A DNA stretch of 64,000 nucleotides from Heterodontus francisci (taxonomy: Eukaryota). Position 1 is the stretch's first letter; each line of letters begins with the position of its first letter. Shown piece by piece: positions 25,801-38,209 of this stretch. The DNA is taken from positions 620,001 to 684,000 of the forward strand of contig NW_027140825.1 in the NCBI RefSeq assembly GCF_036365525.1, given 5' to 3'. A program made the position numbers and the translations under genes. The notes below the pieces were generated by a model that was given only the letters and a program-made list of their open reading frames with translations, was not told the origin of the DNA and made no database searches.

Positions 25801-28800
25801 CCTCAGTCACTGTATCATACTACCCTCAGACGCTGTATCCCACTCCCCTCTGTCACCTCATCCCACTCCTCTCAGTCTCTACATCTCACTCCCCTCGGTA
25901 ACGGCATCCAACTCCCCTCAGTCTCTACATCGCACTCCCTTCAGTCTCTACATCCCATTCCCCTCATTCACGGCATCCAACTCCTCTCAATCACTACATC
26001 CCAATCCTCTCAGTCTCTCCATCCCACTCCCCTCAGTCACAGCATCCAACTCCCCTCAGTCACTACATCCCACTCCCCTCAGCCACTACATCCCACTCCC
26101 CTCAGTCTCTACATCGCACTCCCCTCAGTTTCTACATCCCACTCCCCTCAGTCTCAACATCGCACTCCCCTCAGTCATTACATCCCACTCCCCTCAGTCA
26201 CTGCATCCCACTCCCCTCAGTCACTACATCCCACTCCCCTCAGCCAGTACATCCCACTCCCCTCAGTCTCTACATCGCACTCCCCTCAGTCATTACATCC
26301 CACTCCCCTCAGTCACTGCATCCCACTCCTCTCAGTCTCTACATCCCACTCCCCTCACTCACTACATGCCACTCCCCTCACTCACTACTTCCCACTCCCT
26401 TCACCCACTACATGCCACTCCCCTAATCACTTCTTCCCACTGCCCTCAATCATTACTTCCCAGTCCCCTTAGTCAATGCATCCCACTCCCCTCAGTCACT
26501 TAATCCCACTCCCCTTAATTACATCATCCCACTCCCCTCAGTCACTGCATCTAACTCCCCTCAGTCACTGCATCCCACTCCCCTCAGTCACTACATCCCA
26601 CTCCCCTCAGACTCTACATCCCACTCCCCTCAGTCACCCCATCCCACTCCCCTCAGTCACCACATTCAACTCCCCACAGTCTCTACATCCCACTCCCCTA
26701 AGTCTCTAAATCCCACACCCCTCAGTCACTGCATCCCACTTCCCTCAGTCACTGCATCCCACTCCACTCAGTCCATGCATCGCACTGCCCATGTCACGAC
26801 ATCCCACACCACTCAATTACATCATCCCACTCCCCTCAATCACTGCATCCCACTCCCCTCAATTACATCATGCCACTCCCCTCAGTCCCTCCATCCCATT
26901 CCTCTCAGTCACTGCATCCCACTCTCCTCAGTCACCACATCCCACTCCCCTCAGTCACCCCATCCCACTCCCCTCAGTCACTGCAACCCACACCCCTCAG
27001 CCACTGCATCCTACTCCTCTCAGTCACTGCATCTCTCTCCCCTCAATCAGTGCATCACACTCCTCTCAGTCACTGCAACCCGCTCCCCTCAGCCACTGCA
27101 TCCCACTCCTCTCAGGCACTGCATCCCACTCCCCTCAATCGGTGCATCCCACACCCCTCAATCAGTGCATTCCACTCCACTCAGTCTCTACATCCCACTT
27201 CCCTCAATTACTGCATCCCACTCCGCTCAATTACATCATCCCACTCCCCTCAGTCCTTTATAGCCACTCCAGGCGCTGCTTCACAAACCACTGACTACCT
27301 CCAGGCGCGTATCCACTGTCTCTCGAGATAAGGAGGCCCAAAAGAACTCCCCTCAGTCACTGCATCCCACTCCCCTCAGTCACTGCTTCCCACTCCCCTC
27401 AATCACCACATCCCACTCCCCTCAGTCACCCCATCCCACTCCCCTCAGCCACTGCATCCCACTCCTCTCAGTCACTGCATCCCACTCCCCTCAATCAGTG
27501 CATCCCACTCCCCTCAGTCACTGCATCCCACTCCCCTCAGTCACTGCATCCCACACCCCTCAATCAGTGCATTCCACTCCCCAGTCACTGCATCCCAATC
27601 CCCTCAGCCTCTGCATCCCACTCCCTTCCGTCACTACATCCCACTCCCCTCAATTACTGCATCCCACTGCCCTCAGTCCACTGCATCCCATTCCCCTCCG
27701 TCACTGCATCCCACTCCCCTCAGTCAGTGCATCCCACTCCTCTCAGTCACTACATCCCACTCCCCTCAGTCACTACATCCCACTCCCCTCAGTCTATGTA
27801 TTCCACTCCCCTCAATTACATAATCCCACTCTCCTTAGTCACTCCATCCCAGTCTCCTCAGTCACCACATCCCTCTCCCCTCAGTCACCCCATCCCACTC
27901 ACCTCAGTCACTCCATCCCACTTCCCTCAGTCACCCCATCCCACTCCCCTCAGTCACTCCATCCAACTTCCCTCATTCACTCCCTTCCACTTCCCGCAGT
28001 CACTCCATCCCACTTCCCTCAGTAAGAGACTGGATGATCTCGAGGACTGATCTTCTATGGTGCAACATTGGGTGTGGAATCTGTTTCAAATGCACCCCAC
28101 AAGGGGGATACCTGATGTTCCAGACACCGCTGGGGTAGACGATGATCCCCTAGTGGATTCTCGAGTTGTTTGTTCCTCGGGTTCCTCAGTTGCGACAGTC
28201 TCTGGATCTGTAATAAAGGAAGAGGGCAGAGTGGAGAAAACCCGAAGATCTCGTTTATTTAGTTCTCTAGTCCAGACAGTGTCAGATTTTCATCTTTATC
28301 AAACCCTCGAAGATCCTATCCAACTCCTCGTGAACATTGCTTCCTGGAGAGGGAGTGTGAGGTGCCCAGCACTGCAGTGGGGACCTGACGTGAGCCATGA
28401 ACACTGCAGGGATCAGAGTGCCTGATAGACAGAGACAGCAGAGTCTGGTTCAGTTCCCTAGAGTTTCAGTGAAGTACACTTTGTGTTTCAGATCCTTTAT
28501 TCACTGTGTCCCTGACAATAAGGAGGGGAGTGAGTAAACCGTCTCATTTCTGTGGGTGACACGGGACATCCCAGAATCACCCTCTGGATGATATAGAAGC
28601 ATCAATGTACCTGTACAATACGCAGCGCAATAAAACAAGGACTTCAACTCATAAACGAAGTAACTGCTGCAGTTTTTGATCTTTATCTCATGGACCTTGT
28701 CGCAGTGTTTTCTACCCCAGGATAAACAAACTGTCCGTGTTACTTCCCCCTGTCCCACGCTGGGATGGGAACCTGAAATGAGAGTTTATAAATATTGAAG

Positions 28801-31800
28801 ACTGTAACCCATGTGAACAGTGCTGTACAGTGAATGTAAATCTGATATTCTCAAGGCTGAAATTACCATTTAACCAGCCTGTAACATGTGTGGAACAGTG
28901 AAAATCTGGGACAGCAGTCTCCGGAATCTTCCATCCACCAGAACTGAAACAAAAATCACAGAGTCAGTCCCTGAACTGATGGCAAATATTAACTGTTAGA
29001 GAGACTGGTACCAGCAGATAGTACCAGAAACTGGGGGAAATCCCTTACTCTGCCCATATTGACTAGATTACCCTGAAATTGTTCCTTTACATTACCTTTT
29101 AAATCTGTACCATCCTTGAGCAAGGTTATCATCACACTTCTCCTGACCGGAGCACCCAGTGACATCACAATCGCTGCTCCTCCAGGGCTGGTCCAGGACT
29201 GTGTGATTTACACACGGGTCAGTGAGTGCAGAGTCTGTGACTGAGTGACAGAAAGATGTTTAATGTTAATATGTGACCTTACATCAGAACTGGGAAAAGT
29301 TCTAGTGACAAGTGAAACCGGGGAGGATGTGATGATAAATGGAAGGGAACACACTCCCCTCAGTTACCGTATCACACTCTCCTCAGTCACTGTATCCCAC
29401 TCCCCACAGTCACTGTATCCCAATCCCCACAGTCACTGAATCACACTCCCCTGAGTCACTGCATGCCACTCCCCTCAGTCACTACACCCACTTCCCTCAA
29501 TTACAGCATCCCACTCCCCTCACTCACTGCACCCACTCCCCTCAGTCAGTGCACCCACTCCCATCAGTCGCTACATCCCACTCCCCACAGTCACTACATC
29601 CCACTCCCCTCAGTCACTACATCTCACTGCCCTCAGTCACTGCATCCCTCTCCCCTTAGTCGCTGCATCCCACTCCCCTCAATTACTGCATCCCACTCCC
29701 CTCAATCACTGCATCCCACTTCTCTATGTCACTGTACCCACTCCACCGAATCACTCTATACCATTCCCTTCAGTCACTGCACCTCACTCCCCGCTTCTCT
29801 ACATCCTACTCCCCTCAGTTACCACATCACACTCAGTAGTCACTACATCCCACTTCCCTCAATTACAGCATCCCACTCCCCTTAGTCACTACATCCCACT
29901 CCCGTCAGTCACTGTATCCCACTCCCCTCAGTCTCTGTATCCCACTCCCCTCAGTCGCTACTTCCCACTCCCCTGTCACTACACCCCACTCTCCTCAGTC
30001 ACTACACCCCACTCTCCTCAGTCACTACATCCCACTCCCCTCAGTCACTACATCCCACTCCCCTCAGTCACTACATCCCACTCCCCACATTCACTGTATC
30101 CTACTCCACCTAGTCACCGCATCTCATTCGCTCAGTCACTGTATCCCACTCCCCTCAGTCTCTGCATCCCACTCCCCTCAGTCGCTACTTCCCACTCCAC
30201 TCAATCACTGCATCCCACACCCCTTAGTCACTACCTCCCACTCCCCTGTCACTCCACCCCACTCCCCTCAGTCACTACATCCCACTCCCCACATTCACTG
30301 TATCCTACTCCACCTAGTCACCGCATCTCATTCGCTCAGTCACTACATCCCACTCCCCTCAGTCTCTGCAGACCACTCCTCTCAGTCACTGCAGCCCACT
30401 CCTTACCGAGCTAGCCGTGTCCTAAAAGACAAAGCTGCTAGTCTGGGACTGCGGTAGGTGATGACAGAACCAACAAGAGGAGAAAATATACTTGACTTCA
30501 TCCTCACCAATCTGCCTGCCACATATCCATCTGTCCATGACAGTCTTGGTGGGCGTGACCACCGCACAGTCCTTGTGGAGCCAAAGTCCCACCTTCACAT
30601 TGAGGATACCGTCCATCGTGTTGTGTGGCACTATCACCATGCTAAATGGGATAGATTCAAACAAATCTAGCAATGTAACAATGGGCATCCATGAGGTGCT
30701 GTGGGAACAACAGCAGCAGCAGAATTGTACTCAACTACAATCTGTAACCTCATGGTCCGGTATATCCCCCACTCGATCATGACCATCAAGCCAGGAGACC
30801 AAACCTGGTTCCATGAAGAGTGCAGGAGGGCATGCAAAGTGCAGCACAAGGCATACCTCAAAATGAGGTGTCAGCCTGGTGAAGCTACAACACAGGACTA
30901 TCTGCATGCCAAACAGCATAATTAGCATGCGATGGACAGAGCTAAGCGATCCCATAACCAACGGATCAAATGAGTTCCGAAGAAGGGTCGCTGACCCGAA
31001 ACGTTAACTTTGCTTCTCTTTCCACAGATGCTGCCAGACCCGCTGAGTGATTCCAGTATTTCTTGTCCTGCCACATCCAGTCGTGAATGGTAGTAGACAA
31101 TTAAACAACTAACTGGAGGAGGTGGCCCCACAAATATCCCCATCCTCAATGATCAGGGAGCCCAGCACATCAGTGCAAAAGATAAGGCTGAAGCATTTGC
31201 AAAAATCTTCAGCCAGAAGTGCGGAGTTGATGATCCATCTCGGCCTTCTCCTGCAATCCCCAGCATCACAGATGTCAGTCTTCAGTCAATTCGATTCACT
31301 CCGCTTGATATCAAGAAATGACTGAAGGCACTGGATACTGCAAAGGCTATGGGCCCTGACAATATCCCGGAAGTAGTACTGAAGACCTGTGCTCCAGAAC
31401 TTGTTGCATCCTTAGCCAAGCTGTTCCAGTACAGCTACAACACTGGCATCTACCCTGCAATGTGGAAAACTGCCCAGGCATGTCCTGTGCATAAAAAGCA
31501 GGACAAGTCAAAGCAGGGCAAGTTCAACCCACCCAATTACCGTCCCATCAGTCTACTCTCTATCATCAGTAAGATGATGGAAGGTGTCGTTGACAGTGCT
31601 ATCAAGCGGCACTTACTCAGCAGTTACCTGTTCAGTGATGGTCAGTTTGGGTTCCGCCAGGGTCACTTAGCTCCTGACCTCATTACAGTGTGGTTCAAAC
31701 ATGGACAAAAGAGCTGAACTCAAGAGGTGAGGTGAGAGTGACTGCCCTTCACATAGAGTCTGTCAGGATCCTGCTGCTGTGTCTGACACTCACCAGAAAA

Positions 31801-34641
31801 CCTGAATCTCCTCAATTGCAGACCTGACAGAATACTACCCAGACATGCCAGCCCTCTCTCCAGACAGCGAGCGTCTGGTTCAGTTCCCTAGAGTTTTAGT
31901 GAAGAGTTCACTCTGTTTTACAGATCCTTTATTCACTGTGTCCCTTACAAAAAGGAGGGCAGTGAGTAAACTGTCTCATTCCCATGGGTGACACGGGACA
32001 TCCCAGAATCACCCATCTGCACCATATACAAACAGCAATCTACCTGTGCAATAAACAGCGTTACAGTCGGGTGGAGGCTTCAACTCATAAACAAAATAAC
32101 TGCTGCAGTTTATGATCTTTATTTCCTGGGTCCAGTGACAGCGATTTCCAGCCTTGTTAAAACAAACTGTCCTCGTTACTTCCCCCTGTCCCACACTAGG
32201 ATGGGAACCTGAAATGAGAGTTTATAAATATTGAAGAAGGTAACCCACGTGAACAGTGCTGGACAGTGAATGTAAATCTGATATTTTTAAGACGGAAATT
32301 ACCCTGTAACCAGCCTGTGGCACGTGTGGAGCAGTGAAAATCTGGGACAACAGTGTCCGGAATCTTCCATCCACCAGAACTGAAACAGTTAATCACAGAG
32401 TCAGTCCCTGAACTGATGGTAAATATTAACTGTTAGAGAGACTGGTAACAACAGATAGTGCCAGAAACTGGGGGAAATCCATTACTCCTCCCTCATTAAC
32501 TGATTTACCCAGAATTTGTTCCTTTACATTACCTTTTAAATCTGTACCATCCTTGAGCAAGATTATCATCACACTTCTCCTGACCGGAGCCCACAGTGAC
32601 ATCACAATCGATGCTCCTCCAGGGCTGGTCCAGGACTGTGTGATTTACACACGGGTCAGTGAGTGTGGAGTCTGTGACTGAGTGACAGAAAGATGTTTAA
32701 TGTTAATATAAAGTACAGTTAATGTTACACAGCGCCTTGTACCCTCCCGAAATACCAATAATCTCAGTTTCACCCTCTGCCCTGGTCAAAACCCCCCAGA
32801 TTAAAGCTGGAAAATGTCCTCCTTCTCTAAACTGGGTTTCCATCTGTCTCCCAGCTCAGCCTCCCCCTCTAACTCACTGCTCACAGACAGTCCTCCCTAT
32901 TCTAGATTAACCACCAGCTCTCAGGTAACAGAAAGCAGTAAATATCTCAGCTTCACTTCATCCCAGTAGGAAAGATGTAAAGTGGAGGAGGAGCGAGAAC
33001 TGCCAGGTGGAGCACAAGCGACCCAGTGTGACTGGTGGGTCCTGCAGAGGGAACGTGTAGTCTCAAAACCAACAACAACCTGCGTTTATGTACTGCCTTT
33101 GATGTAATAAAATGTCCCAAAGCACTTCATCGGTGTGTTACCATCCCGAACTGACACCAATCCACAGAAGCAGCTGGTTGGGCAGGTGGCCAAATGCTAT
33201 GTCAAATAGGTACGTTTTAAGGAGTGTCTGAAAGGAGGAAAGAGAGGTGGAGAGACGGAGAAGTTGAGGGAGAGAATTCCATAGCGTTAAGCCTCGGCAG
33301 GTGAAGGCACAGCTGCCAATGGTGGAAGGGATTCGAATCGGGAATACTCAAGAGGCCTGAATTAGAGGAGCGCAGAGATCTCCGAGGGTTGTGGGGCTGG
33401 AGATGATTTCAGCGGTAGGGAACGGCGAGGTGATAGAAGGATCTGGAAACGATTGTGAGAATATTGAAATCCAGGCCTTGCTGAACCGGGAGCCAGTGTA
33501 GGTCAGTGAGCACGGAGATGAAAGGTGAACTGGACTTGGGCAGTATCATACTGGATGACCAAAATGTACAGAAGGTGGAATGTGAGAGATCAGCCAGGAG
33601 ATCTTTGGAATAGTCAAGTCTAGAGGTACCAAAGTACTGCTAAAGGGTTTGAGCAGCAGAGAAGCTGCAAGAGCCAAGTCAGGAATACTGTTTCTGATCA
33701 TCCTTCTCGAATTGTCGGCAGTCTTTGACACAATTCACCACACTATCCATCGCCAACACCTCTCCTTCCATGTCCAGCTGGGTGGAACTGCTCTGGCCTA
33801 TTTCCACTCAACCCAGTCTAGTCTCAGCCAGAGAATCTCCTGCAGTGTCTTCCCTACCCACTCCAGCACTGCTACCTCTAGCGTATCCCGAGAATCTATC
33901 TTGTCCCTCTCCAATTTCTCATCAGCTTCTGACTGTGCCCAGCTTCCTTCCCTGTCGCCTCCTCATCACAAGGACATCCAATTACAACCTCCTTAATATC
34001 CACCATCACAGATTTTGCCTCAGCCAATCCTCTACCAAAAACCCTCTACCTTCTGGAGAATCAAATCTTCTAATCCACTCCTGGCCAGCCTCCCAGCTTC
34101 CACTTTCCAGAAGTCAGGTCTCCTCCAACACACTGCTTGTTGTATGTTATCTTGCAGAAAGTTTAAGTCACACATCACCCCTGTGCTCTCTGACCCACAT
34201 TGGTTCACAGCTGCAAACGCCTTTGATGTACAATTTCCATCTTCCTGTTCAAATTCTCTCATGACCTCTCCCGCCCTCTCCCACCACATTTCTGTAATCT
34301 TCACCAACTCTCTGTTTCTCTGACCCAAGCCTCCTGTAGAACTTCCCTCCACTCCCTTTCCTCCAGCAGTGTCTGATGTGGCTTCAAGATGTCCAGCCTC
34401 CTAAACCTTTCTGCCTCTCCACCTCCGTCTGCTCTTTTAAACTAACAGTCAGACCTCCAATCATCTCCTTCCCTGCCGTGTCAGACATTTCTTCAATCAG
34501 ATTTCTGTGGAACATCTTGGGATATTATTCTATGTAACGGTTTGAATAAACACAGCTTGTTCTAGTTGTACTGGGGGTGAACTTTGTCGAGAATGAAAGT
34601 TACTCACTCAGGTAACCCAGAATGATCAGCAGAGTCCACAT
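19860..34641 (-). CDS. Secreted GP2/uromodulin/OIT3-like protein with two D8C (D10C) domains, S/T/P/E-rich stalk and SEA-like tail, no ZP domain (~392 aa). Coding exons: 34608-34641, 32533-32677, 32303-32379, 32044-32208, 29096-29240, 28867-28943, 28611-28772, 28112-28207, 21835-21870, 21641-21700, 20660-20745, 19860-19955
   Basis: All exons are GT-AG and phase-compatible, summing to 1179 nt. Signal MWTLLIILGYLITDSTL; twice DPCVNHTVLDQPWRS...CDDNLAQGWYRFKSSGGWKIP...HCST..TGWL.GSHPSVGQGEVTRTVC...C....IKI.NCSSYFVYELK...YCT; tail TKYKRINVKITSMTDLDDETAKRIVVERMKHMFQDQCPHTKLELDPEDVQC. The small stalk exons are less certain. Confidence 0.82.
22080..23280. mobile_element. CR1-type LINE fragments (endonuclease on minus, RT 3' end on plus), intronic
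   Basis: YDVVAITGSWL...IPDYKVFRKER..RKGGGV (minus); YINDID..SADDTK and QRRFTRMAPG..EKLGLFSLEKRRLR (plus). Confidence 0.85.
23324..23410 (-). pseudogene. Degenerate duplicate of the stalk exon of the D8C gene
   Basis: QESEEQSTRESTEVSSTTPAGSRS* aligns with exon 28112-28207 (EEPEEQTTRESTRGSSSTPAVSGTS); TCA has become TAA and the acceptor side is replaced by satellite. Confidence 0.7.
23420..28020 (+). repeat. 23-bp satellite (cactcccctcagtcactgtatca), ~4.6 kb, intronic
   Basis: Tandem 23-mer drifting to cactcccctcagtcactgcatcc; source of the His/Pro/Ser/Thr-rich spurious ORFs. Confidence 0.96.
29350..30400 (+). repeat. Second block of the 23-bp satellite
   Basis: Same unit, more diverged. Confidence 0.93.
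30410..31750 (+). mobile_element. CR1-clade LINE ORF2 fragment (EN-linker-RT) with nested Penelope-like fragment at ~30972-31065
   Basis: EPTRGENILDFILTN..., KPGDQTWF..., MGPDNIP..VLKTCAPEL..WKTA..PVHKK..NYRPISLLS..QFGFRQG. Confidence 0.88.
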
Positions 34642-35104
34642 CTTACTGGCTGAGATTCTGGAAAGGGAAACACAAGACAAACATTTGAGAGAGATTACCG
34701 AGTAGGGAATTGGAGGGAATATTAAATAGGGAGTTGCCGAGGAGTTCGTCAGTATATCTGTTCAGAGTGGTGAGCTCCATCTAATTATCTCTCTCTCACT
34801 GGGACTCTTACAGACAGAGGTGAGCTCAGCTACATGTTCTTGTTAAACATCAGGAACTTGACTCCAATCCTTCACCCTTTCCACTCTCCAAAGCTTTTAT
34901 GAATAATTGCATGTGTTCCTGACTCTCTCCTCCAGGTCTGTCTCCTGCATCCCTGTAACAAACCTCTTTGAATTTCTGGCAAAGGTTATGACTGAAGATG
35001 GTGTTGTTTCAGGAGAAGCAGGACACACACCCCCTGGGTCAACACCTAGCAAGTGACAAACTCCTTTGCTTTTTCTGACAGGCCTCCCATACCCGACTGC
35101 TTAC

Positions 35105-35234
35105 CAAAGTCTCCAAAGTAGATGTCGCTGGGTGGGAGATGCTGTCGGTTCAATTCCAGCTGCTTGCTCCTCAGTCTCGGGTCCACTCTGCTGTGAACAG
35201 TGTCAATCTCAGTGACAGCTCCAACCCCTATATA
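35105..35234 (-). promoter_or_regulatory. Putative TATA box and non-coding first exon of the D8C gene
   Basis: TATATA at 35229-35234, then ~100 nt without ATG ending in a TTG|GTAAGC donor at 35105; the next exon (34608-34657) carries the ATG. Confidence 0.55.
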
Positions 35235-38209
35235 CACCACGGCGGATTGACTGCAGTGCTGGTTGGCTGAAATATTTACATTTAGTCATGATGAATGATA
35301 TGACATAATCTATGCAAACGAAGGCCTTTTGGTGAAACTATCTGCCTTACTAAACAACATTAATATTTCTCCTGGGCCCATGCTAACCCACGGAGCTTTG
35401 TTATTGTAACATAACTTGTCTTCAGTTACCCAACAGGGAGGGTGGAGGGAGATTGGAGCCTGGGACAGGGACTCTGAATATTAAAGTTAGTATTTGCCAG
35501 TTGGCTGTGTATATTTGATCTTTCATAGGCACTAAGTATTAGGGAGAGAATATTCACAGGAGACATGCCTCTCTTATCAGTAGTGGGTCAGTATTGGGGG
35601 GATGATGAGAGGGGGCAGAGAAACAAGATGTTCCAGAGAGACAAATGATCGGACTTCCATTTTCCTCCTTGAGGTCGATGGGGTTAAAGTAAATGATTGT
35701 GTTTTTCAGAATATAGTCACAGAATGAGAACAATGAAATCCTCACATCAGCGACAGTGATACCATCTCCGAAATAGCACAGATACAGCGTTAGTAACACA
35801 TACAAACCAGAATGAGGAGGACATAAATTTCTCAGTGAGAGAGTGTTTGAGTATTCAGGACATGGGATATTGTGAGGGGTCCCTGACCAGATGTTAATGT
35901 CTCAGTCACTGACTGCTCCTCAACTGCCAACATTGAGATAGCAGTGGGCTTCAGGTATAAACTCCAATACAAGAACCACCGAGGATGTTGTTTTTTGGAA
36001 GGAAAAGTGTTGCATGTAAACTTTATAGAGTTACTGGCAGACCATTGTCCATGACTGACCGAATAATAATAAGCAGGTAATTTGTCCCAGATATGGGTGG
36101 GATTAGTCTTTGATATGTTTGATTTTGACTGCAAGAATGAGGAGAGATGAAACAAAACAATTTGTGAAGTGGTGCAAGAACAGAGAGACCTGGGGGTGCT
36201 TGTGCAGGAATATTTAAAGGTGACAGGGTAGGTTGAGAAAGCGATTAATAAATCATATTACAGTCTGGGCTTTGTAAATAGAGAGGTCGAGTACAAAACT
36301 CCGGGAGTCATGCCAAACCTGTATAAAACACCAGTTCGGTCCCTGTTGGAACAATTCTGGGCACCACACTTTAGGAAACACCTGTTGGCTTTGGAGAGGG
36401 TGCAGAAGAGATTTTCTCGGATGGTTCAGTTGGTGAGGAAATTCAGTCAAGTAAAAAGACTGGGCTAGAAAGGGACTTTCTCCTGAGAGCAGAGAAGGTT
36501 AAGGGGAGATTCGATAGATCACCAGAGGGCACAGCTTTAATGTGATGGGCAAAGGTACCAGAGGTGACATGAGGATAAATGTTTTTTAATATCATGAGTG
36601 GTTTGGATTTGGAGGGCAATGTCTGATAGGGTGGTGGAAATTCAATGGTATTATTCAAAAAGGGAATTGGCTCAATACTTGAAGGGGAATTAATTGAGGG
36701 AAATGGTGAAAGAGAGCGGAGTTGGATTAACTGGGTTGATTTTCGAAAGAGATGACAAACCCTCGATGGGCCGAATGGCCTCCCTCTGTTGTACTATTCT
36801 AGGATTTGTTTCTGATGGGGTAGGATTCGTCTGTCCCCACATTTCTCTGTTAGATCATTAGCACATTGGGCAGTGCAGTCAGTCCAGGGCTCCAGATAAT
36901 ATTCCTGTGACAGATTCACAATGTCACTGTCCCCTCAGTAATCACAATCACCTTGAAGCACATTGTTACTCAATGTTACACTGCCTGTGAAAAGGGGCGT
37001 CTGAATGTGCATCTCAGTTCCAACCAGCCCATGTCCAACGCCTAGTCCTTGATAGTTTCCACAGTTTCCATTCTCTCTGGATTGCTGATTCTGTCAGTGC
37101 CCCTGTGTCCATGCCAGGTTGTCAGATATTCATTCAGTCCCACAATGGACTCATTAACACTTCTGAGCCGGCTTTGATATTTGCATTCCCTGGGACTAAC
37201 AGATTTGAATGTTGTGCCGTGTGTCAACTAGGTAAATGTCAACTTTTGCAAAGCAGGAAGCTGTTGTGTTTGTCAAGGACTGAGAACAATAGACTCTTCA
37301 TATCAGAGGCACAGATAAGATCAGCTGAAGGACAAAGATGCACAACTAACAACATAGTCAAACAAACTGAGGAGAGAGAGGGGGTGGGAGAGAGAGAGAG
37401 TTGGGAGTGTGTGTGTGGTGTATGCGTGCATCCAGTCATGCATTGTGGAACGTGTGATTAATGGAAGAAGCTACAATACAAAGGGTTTGGAGGTAATGCC
37501 ACAGTTGTAGGAGGCTCTGGTTCGACTACATCTGGAATATTGCACACAGTCTGGGCACCTTCCTCAACAAGCAGCTGTTTGCCTGAGTCCAGATACAGCT
37601 GAGATTCACCAGAATGATACTGGGGTTAACACTGAGTACACTCGATGAACAGTGACAATTATCCCTGTCTCTGTAACCTCCTCCAGCCCCTCCAATCCTC
37701 CCTATGTCTGTATCCTGCTTAAGGTAATGCAACCCTCCCTATCTCCGTAACCCCCTCCAGCCCCCGACAAGCTTCCCTATTTCTGTAACCTCCTCCAGCC
37801 CCGACAATCCTCTCTATCTCTGAAACCTCCTCGAGCCCTACATCCCTCCCTCTCTCTGTCACTTCCTCCAGCCCCTACAATACTCCCTATCACTGTAACC
37901 TCCTCCAGCCCCTACAATACTCCCTATCACTGTAACCTCCTCCAGCCCAACAACCCTCCTTATCTCTGTAACCTCCTCTGGGCAATACAACAAATGCAAT
38001 AAAAACCTCAGCACGAAAAGCATCAACAAATGCAACAACAGCCTCAGCGAGGGAAAACACCAACAAATTCAGAAGCAACGTTGGCAAAAAAAAGCTCACC
38101 AACCAATGTCAGGAGGAGAAAAAAACACCAACAGAATTCAAGAAGTGCGTCAGGAGGAGAAAAGCAACAAAGACAACTTCAGCAGGTGAAACACAGCAGC
38201 AGATGCAAC

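Noticed and set aside
23382-28050. Many long His/Pro/Ser/Thr-rich ORFs (up to 360 aa) resembling mucin
   Set aside because: Translations of a 23-bp satellite (period not divisible by 3), on the strand opposite the host gene.
32592-32598. CACAGTG heptamer inside the first D8C exon
   Set aside because: No nonamer at 12 or 23 bp; chance occurrence in coding sequence.
35554-36155. Hydrophobic minus-strand ORFs suggesting a 7TM receptor pseudogene or signal peptide
   Set aside because: No coherent family motif in any frame I translated; stops throughout.
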